Below are positions 18,598 through 27,790 of a stretch of 64,000 bases of DNA, in pieces. Position 1 is the stretch's first letter, and every line of letters starts with the position of its first letter. Under the pieces are notes generated by a model. It was not told the DNA's origin and ran no database searches. It saw only the letters and a program-made list of their open reading frames with translations. Location of the stretch: positions 16,997 through 80,996 of the forward strand of contig DIRP01000002.1 in assembly GCA_002427525.1 (NCBI GenBank), in the 5' to 3' direction. A program made the translations under genes and the position numbers. The stretch comes from Bacteroidales bacterium UBA5433 (GTDB lineage: Bacteria > Bacteroidota > Bacteroidia > Bacteroidales > UBA932).

Positions 18598-18707
18598 TTA
18601 GAAATGTAAATTTACAAAAGAAGAGTAATGGAATTGCTCCTGGGTTAACTGCTCTGTAGGGTTACAAAAGTAACCAAATAAGGTAGAAATGTAATTTACA
18701 AATGTAA
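18598..18707. repeat. Second cluster of TTACAnnTGTAA-type palindromes
   Basis: TTAGAAATGTAA 18598, TTACAAAAGAAG 18612, TTACAAAAGTAA 18662, GTAGAAATGTAA 18683, TTACAAATGTAA 18696. Confidence 0.8.
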
Positions 18708-18771
18708 ATTAGCACCTAAAGCAATACTTTAAGTAAAGTTTTATTCAAAATTCCTACCTTAGCCACTTGTT

Positions 18772-20001
18772 ATGCCATCCTTTTATATTCCTATACCCGG
18801 TATCAGCATGGATGATTATTCCTACGATCTTCCGGAAGAACGTATTGCCAAATATCCGCTCCCGGTTCGTCACGATTCAAAACTTCTTGTTTTAAAAGAC
18901 GAAAAGATCCGGGACGCGGCTTTTACGGATATTGTACAATTGCTGCCGAAAAACAGCCTGGTAGTTTTCAACCGTTCCAAAGTAGTCCCTGCCCGGTTGC
19001 TTTTTCAAAAAGAAACCGGTGCTATCATTGAAATTTTTTGCCTGGAACCGGCTTTTCCTCCCGAATACAACCTGGCCTTTCTTCAGGAAAACTCATGCAC
19101 GTGGTATTGTACAGTGGGAAATGTGAAAAAATGGAAAACAAAACCTCTTTTCTTGCACAATCCCGACAACAACCCGGCTATACAGGATATGAAACTGCAG
19201 GCCTTCCTGCTGGGGCAGGATGCCGACAGGTATTTGGTCCGGTTTGATTGGCAGAACGGAGTTTCTTTTTCTTCTGTACTGGAAACAGCCGGGAAAGTTC
19301 CCATACCGCCCTATTTAAAGCGTCAGGCTGAGCCATCGGATACCGAACGGTACCAGACTGTCTATGCACGTGACAGAGGCTCTGTAGCGGCTCCTACGGC
19401 CGGTCTTCATTTTTCTGATGCATTGATGGATGAAATGGGGAAGAAGGGGATTGCTACGGCGTTTTTAAGCCTTCACGTGGGGGCAGGTACGTTCAAACCT
19501 GTTAAAGCACAGGATATCAGGGACCATACTATGCATAGCGAACCTTTTTGCGTACCGGTTCGTTTTATCCGGCAGCTTATTTCCCACAACGGCCCCCTTG
19601 TTTCTGTGGGAACCACAACGTGCAGGTGTCTGGAAAGTTTGTATTATTTGGGGCTGCAGGTCGCTGCAGGAAAGGATCCTCTTTTTGTAGGTCAATGGGA
19701 GCCGTATGTAACCCCGGGTAAGATTTCCTACAAAGAATCCCTTACTCACTTGTTGGCGTATGCAGAAAAAAATGAAAAGGAATCTATTGAAGCCGCCACA
19801 CAAATTATCATGGCTCCCGGTTTTTTATTTCGTTCCACCGATGTTTTGATCACCAATTTTCACCAGCCAAATTCTACGTTGTTATTGCTTGTATCTGCTC
19901 TTATCGGAGAAAGGTGGAAGGATGTTTATGCACATGCTTTGGCGCATCAGTACCGTTTTTTAAGTTACGGTGACTCGTGCATGTTCTTTAATCCTAAGTA
20001 A
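18772..20001 (+). CDS. queA: S-adenosylmethionine:tRNA ribosyltransferase-isomerase
   Basis: YDLPEERIAKYP, PIPPYLKR, YQTVYA..GSVAAPTAGLHF, LHVGAGTF, TNFHQP, YRFLSYGD. Confidence 0.96.
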   Translation: MPSFYIPIPGISMDDYSYDLPEERIAKYPLPVRHDSKLLVLKDEKIRDAAFTDIVQLLPKNSLVVFNRSKVVPARLLFQKETGAIIEIFCLEPAFPPEYNLAFLQENSCTWYCTVGNVKKWKTKPLFLHNPDNNPAIQDMKLQAFLLGQDADRYLVRFDWQNGVSFSSVLETAGKVPIPPYLKRQAEPSDTERYQTVYARDRGSVAAPTAGLHFSDALMDEMGKKGIATAFLSLHVGAGTFKPVKAQDIRDHTMHSEPFCVPVRFIRQLISHNGPLVSVGTTTCRCLESLYYLGLQVAAGKDPLFVGQWEPYVTPGKISYKESLTHLLAYAEKNEKESIEAATQIIMAPGFLFRSTDVLITNFHQPNSTLLLLVSALIGERWKDVYAHALAHQYRFLSYGDSCMFFNPK

Positions 20002-20102
20002 GTGAAAATCAATAAACAACGTTTCAATATAACATGTGTGTTATATAATGTAACAATAATGTTGTACTCTTAGTAAATAGAGTAAAATCAGGCTGTTACG
20101 AT

Positions 20103-21596
20103 CTAGAGATACGAATCTACACCCAGGTTCTCGTACGTTTCTTTCAACGCCTTTTCATCATCAGAAATTATGAGCAGTGTATCCTTTTCCAGGATCTCTG
20201 TATTGCCCCTGGGAATGAAAAAAGAGTCTCCTCTTTTTACCATTACTACAAGTGTTTTATCGGGCAGGGGAATGTCCATCATCTTGTTTCCAAAACGAAG
20301 GCTATCCGCAGTAACGACTACCTCGTTCATGGCAGATTTAATATCCTCGGAAAATTCAAGTTCAAAGGCTGACCGACCAATTTTCTTGTGGGGAAATGCC
20401 ACATGCAGCTTTCTGGCAATCCAGGGTATGGAAGTTCCTTGTACGAGCAACGACAGGATGGTGATGAAAAAAACGATATTGAAAAGGACATTGGCTCCCG
20501 GAACGCCATACAATAAGGGGTAGGTAGCAAAGATAATGGGCACAGCACCCCGTAACCCTACCCAGCAGGTAAAAATACGGGAAGGAAAGGTCATGTTGCG
20601 GAAAGGCCAAAGGGAAAGCAACACAGCTGCAGGTCTGGCAAAAACAATCATAAATACACCAATGAGCAATCCAATACCCGCTACGGGCCACAATTCGGAA
20701 GGATTTACCAGCAGTCCCAGGGTAAGGAACATAATGATCTGAGCCAGCCAGGAAAGTCCGTCAAAAAAGTTTTTGGCCGTTTTTCTGTGGGGGAAACGTG
20801 AATTTCCAATTACAAGACCTCCAATGTACACGGCAAGGAATCCGTTACCTTGTATAAGATCTGTGAGCGAATAAATAAACAGACAAAATGCAAAAATAAG
20901 AATGGGGTATAGGGCATCGTTGATGATGTTCATTCTTCGTAAAAAGAAAGCACAAAGCTTGCCCAACAGGTATCCGGCTATACCACCTACAATCATTTGG
21001 TAGAAGAACATAAGGACCACTAACCAGATTTTAGCCTGCCCTTCTGCCATAATAACCTGAATGAGGGTAATGGTAAGCATGTAGGCCATGGGGTCGTTGC
21101 TTCCGCTTTCCAGCTCCAGGAGGGGCCGTAAGTTGTGTTTAAGCTTCAGTTCTTTAGATCGGAGGATGGCAAAAACCGAAGCCGAGTCTGTAGAAGACAT
21201 CAGGCTGCCCAGCAGCAGACATACAGGAAGAGGCATATCAAATCCGGGCAACATTTGGGCCAGGAAGTAAATGAAAAAACCTGTTAGGATAGCTGTCAAT
21301 AAGACTCCCAGGGTAGCCAGAATGATTCCTTCTTTTGCTACCGGTTTGATTTCCTCGTACCGGGTATCCATGCCACCGGAAAAAAGAATGATGCTTAGAG
21401 CTACCACACCAATAAATTGTGCTGTTTTTTGGCTTGAGAATTGCAGTCCAACGCCTTCGCTGCCAAATACCATTCCTACAAGAAGAAACAGCAAGAGGGT
21501 GGGAACACCAAATTTATAGCCTGTCTTGCCTGCCAGTAAACTAAAGAAGAGAAGTACAGAGCCAATCAGAAGGATGTTTTCAGCGGTGATCGTCAT
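20103..21596 (-). CDS. Potassium/proton antiporter (CvrA/NhaP2 family) with C-terminal TrkA_C domain
   Basis: ILFSGG, SSTDSASVF, LELESGSNDP, FLTLGLLV, WVGLRGAVPI, and FIPRGNT in TrkA_C. Confidence 0.92.
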   Translation of the reverse strand: MTITAENILLIGSVLLFFSLLAGKTGYKFGVPTLLLFLLVGMVFGSEGVGLQFSSQKTAQFIGVVALSIILFSGGMDTRYEEIKPVAKEGIILATLGVLLTAILTGFFIYFLAQMLPGFDMPLPVCLLLGSLMSSTDSASVFAILRSKELKLKHNLRPLLELESGSNDPMAYMLTITLIQVIMAEGQAKIWLVVLMFFYQMIVGGIAGYLLGKLCAFFLRRMNIINDALYPILIFAFCLFIYSLTDLIQGNGFLAVYIGGLVIGNSRFPHRKTAKNFFDGLSWLAQIIMFLTLGLLVNPSELWPVAGIGLLIGVFMIVFARPAAVLLSLWPFRNMTFPSRIFTCWVGLRGAVPIIFATYPLLYGVPGANVLFNIVFFITILSLLVQGTSIPWIARKLHVAFPHKKIGRSAFELEFSEDIKSAMNEVVVTADSLRFGNKMMDIPLPDKTLVVMVKRGDSFFIPRGNTEILEKDTLLIISDDEKALKETYENLGVDSYL

Positions 21597-21614
21597 GGTT
21601 TTGTTCTAATTGGA

Positions 21615-21662
21615 CAAAAGTACACTTTTTTTACAAAAATATGCAACCATTCGTTATCTTTG
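21615..21662. promoter_or_regulatory. Divergent -7 promoter boxes for the antiporter and the lysine-fermentation operon
   Basis: TACTTTTG on minus (21622-21615) and TATCTTTG on plus (21655-21662). Confidence 0.6.
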
Positions 21663-21686
21663 CAGAATAATAATAAAAATACAAAT

Positions 21687-22334
21687 ATGAACAAATTGAT
21701 ACCATTGCAAGACGCGGTTTCTAAGATTAAATCGGGCATGACCGTTATGATAGGAGGTTTTCTGACGGTCGGAGGTCCAAACCTTCTGCTGGATGCAGTT
21801 CTTGAAACCGATGTTACAGACCTTACCATTATTGCCAATGATACTGCTTATGCAGACAAGGGATTTGGTAAACTGATTGCGGCACGCAAAGTTACTAAGG
21901 TCATAACAAGCCACATTGGCACCAATATAGCCACAGGCCAACAATATCACGCCGGAGAACTGGAAATTGAGTTTGTACCTCAGGGGACACTCATTGAAAG
22001 AATTCGTTGTGCAGGAGCCGGGCTGGGCGGTGTTCTTACGCCAACAGGTCTGGGAACTATTGTACAAGAGGGAAAAGATATCATCAACCTGGACGGAAAG
22101 GATTATTTGCTGGAAAGACCTTTGAGAGCAGATATTGCCCTTATTGGTGCGTCACTTGCAGATGAAGAAGGCAATTTGTTCCACCGTGGTACAACGCGGA
22201 ATTTTAATTCACTCATGGCTATGGCTGCAGATACGGTTATTGCCGAAGTGCGCGACATTGTGAAAGCCGGTGAAATTCTTCCGGAACACGTTCATACACA
22301 AGCTATTTTTGTAGATTATCTGATTAAATTATAA
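21687..22334 (+). CDS. atoD: Acetoacetate/3-oxoacid CoA-transferase subunit A
   Basis: GMTVMIGGF, IIANDT, SHIGTN, PQGTLIERIR.AGAGLGG.LTPTG, RNFN. ATG 21687 lies downstream of the promoter box. Confidence 0.9.
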   Translation: MNKLIPLQDAVSKIKSGMTVMIGGFLTVGGPNLLLDAVLETDVTDLTIIANDTAYADKGFGKLIAARKVTKVITSHIGTNIATGQQYHAGELEIEFVPQGTLIERIRCAGAGLGGVLTPTGLGTIVQEGKDIINLDGKDYLLERPLRADIALIGASLADEEGNLFHRGTTRNFNSLMAMAADTVIAEVRDIVKAGEILPEHVHTQAIFVDYLIKL

Positions 22335-22339
22335 CTTTT

Positions 22340-22375
22340 AATATTACACAACTATTTTAAATATTACACAACTAT
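22340..22375 (+). repeat. 16-bp perfect direct repeat (20-bp period) in the kat leader
   Basis: AATATTACACAACTAT at 22340 and 22360; the second copy runs into the ATG. Confidence 0.85.
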
Positions 22376-23618
22376 GTCAAAGAAATTGAAGCTGGAATTA
22401 TCCGACAAAATGTACGAAGACGCCCTTAAGATTATTCCCGGGGCTATTGCAGGTATTCGCCGTCCTTACAACTTTGTTCCGGGGGAATACCCCATTTATT
22501 TTGATCATGCAAAGGGAGGCAGGGTTACCGATGTGGACGGGAATGAATACATTGATATGCTTTGTGCATATGGTCCCATCATTATTGGGCACAGGGAAGA
22601 GGAAATAGATAACGCAGTCATTGAACAGATGCAGAACAAAGGGTTCTGTTTCTCCCTCACGCAACCCATTCAGAACACTTTGGCGGAAAAGCTCATTGAA
22701 TTGATACCTTCTGCAGAAATGGCCGTTTTCGTAAAAACAGGCTCCGATGCTACTTCTGTGGCTATTCGGGTGGCTCGTGCCAGCACGGGAAGACTGAAGG
22801 TCATGCGCTGCGGATACCACGGTTGGCATGACTGGTGTGTAGAAGTCAAAGGAGGTGTTCCCCAAAAATTGTGGGAAGACACTCATGAATTCCATTACAA
22901 CGACCTGGAAGGGCTGGAAGACCTGCTTAAAGCACACGGTGACGATACAGCTGCTATTATAATTACCCCTGTAGGGCATCCCCTGGCAGAAAAAGTGGAA
23001 ATGCCCAAACCGGGTTTTCTGGAAGGTGTTCGTGCTTTGGCAGATAAATACGGAATTGTTCTTGTTTTTGATGAAATCAGAAGCGGTTTCCGCTACGATT
23101 TGGGAGGTGCACAAAAACTCTTTGGCGTAACTCCGGATCTCTCCGTGTTTGGAAAAGCCATGGCCAACGGGTACCCCATTGGAGCCGTAGTTGGTAAGGA
23201 AGAACATATGAAAGTACTGGCAGACAAAGTATTTTTGTCATCCACCTTCTTCCCCAACAGCCTGGAACAGGTTGCTGCCCTTAAGACTATTGAAATACTG
23301 GAAAGAGACAATATTCTGGAAAAAATAAAGCAGAAAGGAGAAGTTTTTGGTGCCAGGCTGGAAAAGATAGTCAAGAATGTACCTTACGATGTTGAAGTTT
23401 CCGGAATTCCGCTGATGCCGTTTATTACCTTTAACAGGGACAAGGATGGCTTGTACAAGAAGCTGCGTCCGGGATTCTATACCGAACTCATCCGCCGGGG
23501 TGTTTTCCTGCAACCGTTCCACCACGGATATGTGGCATACCGCCATACAGATGAAGATATACAGTATGCGGCTGATATGGTTGAAGAATCTTTCAGAGAA
23601 TTGAAAAAATATATTTAA
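22374..23618 (+). CDS. kat: 3-aminobutyryl-CoA aminotransferase (class III PLP enzyme)
   Basis: Class III aminotransferase motifs (DVDGNEYID, FDEIRSGFR, FGKAMANG). Segments GIRRPYNFVPGEYPI, YHGWHDWCVEVKGG and KVFLSSTFFPN match, from memory, Kat of Ca. Cloacamonas acidaminovorans. Sits directly before kce. Confidence 0.85.
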   Translation: MSKKLKLELSDKMYEDALKIIPGAIAGIRRPYNFVPGEYPIYFDHAKGGRVTDVDGNEYIDMLCAYGPIIIGHREEEIDNAVIEQMQNKGFCFSLTQPIQNTLAEKLIELIPSAEMAVFVKTGSDATSVAIRVARASTGRLKVMRCGYHGWHDWCVEVKGGVPQKLWEDTHEFHYNDLEGLEDLLKAHGDDTAAIIITPVGHPLAEKVEMPKPGFLEGVRALADKYGIVLVFDEIRSGFRYDLGGAQKLFGVTPDLSVFGKAMANGYPIGAVVGKEEHMKVLADKVFLSSTFFPNSLEQVAALKTIEILERDNILEKIKQKGEVFGARLEKIVKNVPYDVEVSGIPLMPFITFNRDKDGLYKKLRPGFYTELIRRGVFLQPFHHGYVAYRHTDEDIQYAADMVEESFRELKKYI

Positions 23619-23636
23619 GCTAACACACAACGAACT

Positions 23637-24464
23637 ATGAATAAATTGATAATTACCGCAGCTATCTGTGGTGCTGAAGTACTTAAAGAACACAATCCTG
23701 CCGTACCTTATACGGTTGAAGAATGTGTACGGGAAGCACGTTCGGCCTACGATGCCGGGGCAAGCATCATTCACCTTCATGTCCGTTATGACGATGGTAC
23801 TCCCACGCAAGATAAGGAGAGGTACCGTGTGATCATGGAAGGCATTGAGAAAGCGTGTCCGGGTATTATTATCCAACCTTCAACGGGCGGAGCCGTAGGC
23901 ATGAGCAATGATGAAAGGTTGCAACCTACCGAGCTGAATCCGGAAATGGCGACCCTTGATTGTGGAACACTCAATTTTGGCGGAGACGAGATTTTTGAGA
24001 ATACAGAAAACACCATCAAGTATTTTGGAAAACGCATGATAGAACGCGGTATTAAACCGGAGCTGGAAGTGTTTGACAAGAGCATGATTGAAATGGCGCT
24101 GCGTCTGCACAAACAAGGATATATTTTGAAACCACTTCATTTTGACTTTGTTATGGGAGTCAACGGCGGTATTGGCGGTTCGCTCAGGGATTTTGTCTTC
24201 CTGCGTGGCAGCATTCCCTCCGATGCTACCTATACGGTAGGCGGCCTGGGAAGGTACGAAATGCCTTTGGCTGCTGCTGCCATCATTGACGGAGGTCATG
24301 TGAGGGTGGGATTTGAGGACAACGTATACCTCTCCCGCGGAGTATTGGCCAAATCAAATGGTGAGCTGGTTGAGAAAGTAGTACGTCTTGCACGTGAACT
24401 TGGTCGGGAAATTGCTACTCCTGATGAAGCAAGAGAAATTCTAGGGCTTCCTAAAAGAAAATAA
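23637..24464 (+). CDS. kce: 3-keto-5-aminohexanoate cleavage enzyme (DUF849/BKACE)
   Basis: LIITAAICGAE, IIHLHVR, QPSTGGAVGM, PEMATL, GGHVRVGFEDN; operon context. Confidence 0.95.
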   Translation: MNKLIITAAICGAEVLKEHNPAVPYTVEECVREARSAYDAGASIIHLHVRYDDGTPTQDKERYRVIMEGIEKACPGIIIQPSTGGAVGMSNDERLQPTELNPEMATLDCGTLNFGGDEIFENTENTIKYFGKRMIERGIKPELEVFDKSMIEMALRLHKQGYILKPLHFDFVMGVNGGIGGSLRDFVFLRGSIPSDATYTVGGLGRYEMPLAAAAIIDGGHVRVGFEDNVYLSRGVLAKSNGELVEKVVRLARELGREIATPDEAREILGLPKRK

Positions 24465-24465
24465 T

Positions 24466-25509
24466 ATGAAAAAAGGTAATAAATATGGCTTGCACCGGGT
24501 TATTGAGCCGGCAGGTGTACTGCCACAGCCCGCTAACAGGCTGGATAATAACATGGATGAGATTTACGATAACGAAATTCTCATAGATGTTAAAACACTT
24601 AATGTAGACTCGGCCAGTTTTACACAAATTCAGGAACAGGCCGGAGGCGATAAAGCCAAAATAGCAGAAATTATGCTCGGCATAGTGGCCAAGCAGGGAA
24701 AACACAGAAACCCTGTTACCGGTTCGGGCGGCATGCTATTGGGTGTTGTAGAAAAAATAGGCAGCGCACTGGAAGGTAAGATAGACCTTAAACCGGGTGA
24801 CAGGATTGCCACCTTGGTTTCTTTGTCCCTGACACCGTTGCGTATAGATAAAATAAAAGATATACGCCCCGACATTGATCAGGTGGATATAGACGGGAAA
24901 GCTATCTTGTTTGAAAGTGGCATTTACGCAAAAATCCCGGATGATATGCCGGAAACTCTGGCACTGTCTGCCCTTGACGTAGCGGGAGCTCCTGCTCAGA
25001 CTGCCAAGCTGGTAAAACCGGGCGATACAGTTTTGATTATCGGAGCCGGTGGGAAGTCGGGGATGCTATGCAGTTACGAGGCTAAGAAAAGGGCCGGTGT
25101 TACAGGAACAGTAATTGGCCTGTGCCACAGCCAGCGCTCTACGCAACGTATGATAGACCTGGGTTTCTGCGATCACGTTTTTTCTGCTAACGCAACGCAA
25201 CCTGTTGCTGTCCTGGAAAAAATTGAAGAGTTAACCGGAGGTAAACTTTGTGACGTTACCATCAATAACGTGAATATCACAGATACTGAAATGACATCCA
25301 TTCTTTGCACAAAAGACACCGGGGTTGTGTATTTCTTTTCCATGGCAACCAGTTTTACGAAAGCAGCTCTTGGAGCAGAAGGAGTAGGATCTGATGTAAC
25401 TATGATTGTAGGGAATGGTTATACAAAAGGCCATGCAGAGATTACACTTCAGATACTCAGAGAAAGCGAAAAACTGCGTAAGGTTTTCACAGAATTGTAC
25501 GCATCGTAA
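24466..25509 (+). CDS. kdd: L-erythro-3,5-diaminohexanoate dehydrogenase
   Basis: YGLHRVIEP.GVLPQPA, NVDSASF, NPVTGSGGML, ATLVSLSLTPL, DVAGAPAQ, FFSMATSF. Confidence 0.95.
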   Translation: MKKGNKYGLHRVIEPAGVLPQPANRLDNNMDEIYDNEILIDVKTLNVDSASFTQIQEQAGGDKAKIAEIMLGIVAKQGKHRNPVTGSGGMLLGVVEKIGSALEGKIDLKPGDRIATLVSLSLTPLRIDKIKDIRPDIDQVDIDGKAILFESGIYAKIPDDMPETLALSALDVAGAPAQTAKLVKPGDTVLIIGAGGKSGMLCSYEAKKRAGVTGTVIGLCHSQRSTQRMIDLGFCDHVFSANATQPVAVLEKIEELTGGKLCDVTINNVNITDTEMTSILCTKDTGVVYFFSMATSFTKAALGAEGVGSDVTMIVGNGYTKGHAEITLQILRESEKLRKVFTELYAS

Positions 25510-25521
25510 GCAAGTAATGAA

Positions 25522-26769
25522 ATGAAAGAAAACAGACGAAAACAGTTGTTTCCCGAGGTGACGGATCAGGAATGGAATGATTGGAAATGGCAGATACGTA
25601 ACAGGATTGTTAACGTAACGCAACTGAAGAAGTACATTGCTCTTACTCCGGAAGAAGAGGAAGGCGTAGAGCAGTCTCTTAAGCTGTTACGTATGGCCAT
25701 TACTCCTTATTACCTAAGTCTGATAGATCCGGACAATCCGGAATGTCCCATCCGTAAGCAGGCTATTCCTACAAAAAATGAAATGTACCGTTCTCCTGCA
25801 GATTTGCTGGACCCGTTGCATGAAGATGAAGATTCGCCGGTTCCGGGGCTTACCCACAGGTATCCGGACAGGGTGCTGTTACTTATAACAGACCAGTGCT
25901 CTATGTATTGCAGGCATTGTACGCGCAGGCGTTTTGCCGGTCAGAAAGACCACGAGGCTACCGGAGAAAGAATTCAGGCTGCGATTGATTACATTGCCCG
26001 TACTCCCCAGGTACGGGATGTTTTGCTGTCCGGCGGAGACCCGCTGACCATGAGTGACAGCAAACTGGAATCCATCATTAAACGAATTAGGGAGATACCG
26101 CACGTTGAAATTATCCGGATTGGTACACGCGTACCTGTGGTATGCCCGCAACGGATTACTCCGGAGCTTATGCAGATGCTGAGAAAATACCATCCCGTCT
26201 GGATCAATACGCACTTTAACCACCCCAATGAAATTACAGAAACCTCGTCTGCAGCATGTGAAATGATGGCAGATGCCGGATTCCCGTTGGGCAACCAAAG
26301 TGTGCTGTTGCGTGGTGTGAACGACTGTGTTTATACCATGAAAGACCTGGTCAGAAAATTAGTCATGATACGGGTTCGTCCGTATTACATTTACCAATGC
26401 GACTTGTCCATGGGACTGGAACATTTCAGAACACCTGTGTCTAAAGGAATAGAGATTATTGAAGGTTTGCGGGGGCATACTTCCGGGTATGCCGTGCCTA
26501 CTTTTGTTGTGGATGCACCGGGCGGGGGCGGTAAAATACCGGTTATGCCTACGTACCTTATCAGCCAGTCACCCGGCCGGGTGGTTTTGCGTAATTACGA
26601 AGGTGTGATTACAACATATACAGAACCTGCTAATTATGAAAACACCTGCCGTTGCGAACCTTGTAATGATCAGGAATCGCTGGAAGGTGTGTCGGGTATT
26701 TTGCAGGGACAACAATTATCCCTTGAACCTTCTCATTTGCAAAGAAAGGAACGCAATCACAAGAAGTGA
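25522..26769 (+). CDS. kamA: Lysine 2,3-aminomutase (radical SAM, PLP)
   Basis: [24 protein letters not shown] (CxxxCxxC), [20 protein letters not shown]. Confidence 0.97.
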   Translation: MKENRRKQLFPEVTDQEWNDWKWQIRNRIVNVTQLKKYIALTPEEEEGVEQSLKLLRMAITPYYLSLIDPDNPECPIRKQAIPTKNEMYRSPADLLDPLHEDEDSPVPGLTHRYPDRVLLLITDQCSMYCRHCTRRRFAGQKDHEATGERIQAAIDYIARTPQVRDVLLSGGDPLTMSDSKLESIIKRIREIPHVEIIRIGTRVPVVCPQRITPELMQMLRKYHPVWINTHFNHPNEITETSSAACEMMADAGFPLGNQSVLLRGVNDCVYTMKDLVRKLVMIRVRPYYIYQCDLSMGLEHFRTPVSKGIEIIEGLRGHTSGYAVPTFVVDAPGGGGKIPVMPTYLISQSPGRVVLRNYEGVITTYTEPANYENTCRCEPCNDQESLEGVSGILQGQQLSLEPSHLQRKERNHKK

Positions 26770-26773
26770 CTGA

Positions 26774-27790
26774 ATGCCCTTTGTTGATCAGATACTCCGC
26801 TATAAAAGCCTCTCAGTTGTAGGGCTGGGAAAGAATACCGGCAAGACAGAGTGTTTGCGGTATATTATCAGGCGGTTGTATGAACTCAACAAAGTACCGG
26901 CAGTCACATCTATTGGCATTGACGGAGAGGGGGTTGATCGTGTTACAGCTACACCCAAGCCGGAAATACTTCTTGAAAAAGGCATGTATTTTACGACAGT
27001 AGGTTCGTTTTATTTGCAGAAACGTTTTACTGCCGAGATATGCCATGTAGAAGAAATACCGACCATTTTTGGGAAAATGTTGACGGCCAGGGCACTGGAA
27101 AGGGGGACCATGGTAATTGCCGGTCCCTCGGATACGTTTTCCCTCCAACGCTGGATTGCGGATACACCCCAACGGTTTCCCGTTGACATATGCCTTGTTG
27201 ACGGGGCCGTATCGCGTCTGAGTCCCGCTTCGCCTGCCGTAACACAATCCATGGTGTTGGCAACAGGAGCAGCTTATTCTGCCAATTTAAAAACCCTGGT
27301 TGCCGGTACAAAATTTGTGTATGATACCATTCAACTTCCGGCAGCGCCGGAAGAAATCAGGATGCAATTGGAACATACCACAAAGGGGATACGGTTCCTT
27401 GGAGAAGACGGAAGCATGGAAGATCCGGGTATTGACTCGGCTTTGACTCCGGAACAAATTAAAAAAGTTGTGGAAACGGGCCGGGAGCATATATACATTC
27501 CGGGTGTAGTGAGCAATGCGTTGCTGAAAGCTTTGCTGGAAAGAAAGGATACGAATAAAATTTGTCTGTATATCAGGGATTTTTCTCGTATTTTTGCAGA
27601 ACCTCAAACTTTTTATGCTTTTTTGCGTAAAGGAGGACGGTTTTTTCAGTTGCTTAAAGCAAATTTGCTGGCTGTATGTGTAAACCCGGTTTCTCCGGAA
27701 GGCTATCGTTTGCGTTCCAAAGAACTGGTTGCCAGCATGCAGGATGCTTTAGGCATACCGGTGTACGATATTAAAGAATCAGGAATATGA
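26774..27790 (+). CDS. kamB: KamB-like P-loop protein (putative lysine 5,6-aminomutase reactivase subunit)
   Basis: GLGKNTGKT P-loop, TSIGIDGE, VDGA.SR, LATGAA; located between kamA and the MutS-like gene. Confidence 0.7.
   Translation: MPFVDQILRYKSLSVVGLGKNTGKTECLRYIIRRLYELNKVPAVTSIGIDGEGVDRVTATPKPEILLEKGMYFTTVGSFYLQKRFTAEICHVEEIPTIFGKMLTARALERGTMVIAGPSDTFSLQRWIADTPQRFPVDICLVDGAVSRLSPASPAVTQSMVLATGAAYSANLKTLVAGTKFVYDTIQLPAAPEEIRMQLEHTTKGIRFLGEDGSMEDPGIDSALTPEQIKKVVETGREHIYIPGVVSNALLKALLERKDTNKICLYIRDFSRIFAEPQTFYAFLRKGGRFFQLLKANLLAVCVNPVSPEGYRLRSKELVASMQDALGIPVYDIKESGI

Noticed and set aside
18275..18707. Palindrome arrays as CRISPR or parS
   Set aside because: Units are 12 bp without 30-40-bp unique spacers or cas genes, and differ from the canonical parS TGTTTCACGTGAAACA.
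20027..20084. AT-rich hairpins between convergent queA and antiporter genes (ATATAACA-tgtg-TGTTATAT; TACTCT-N8-AGAGTA)
   Set aside because: Stems are weak and lack a U-tract; cannot be called a terminator or sRNA.
21597..21686. Lysine or cobalamin riboswitch before the kam operon
   Set aside because: The leader is only about 25 nt after the promoter box; there is no room.
22374..23618. Annotation as hemL (glutamate-1-semialdehyde aminomutase)
   Set aside because: Operon context and Kat-like segments fit lysine fermentation better; no tetrapyrrole genes nearby.
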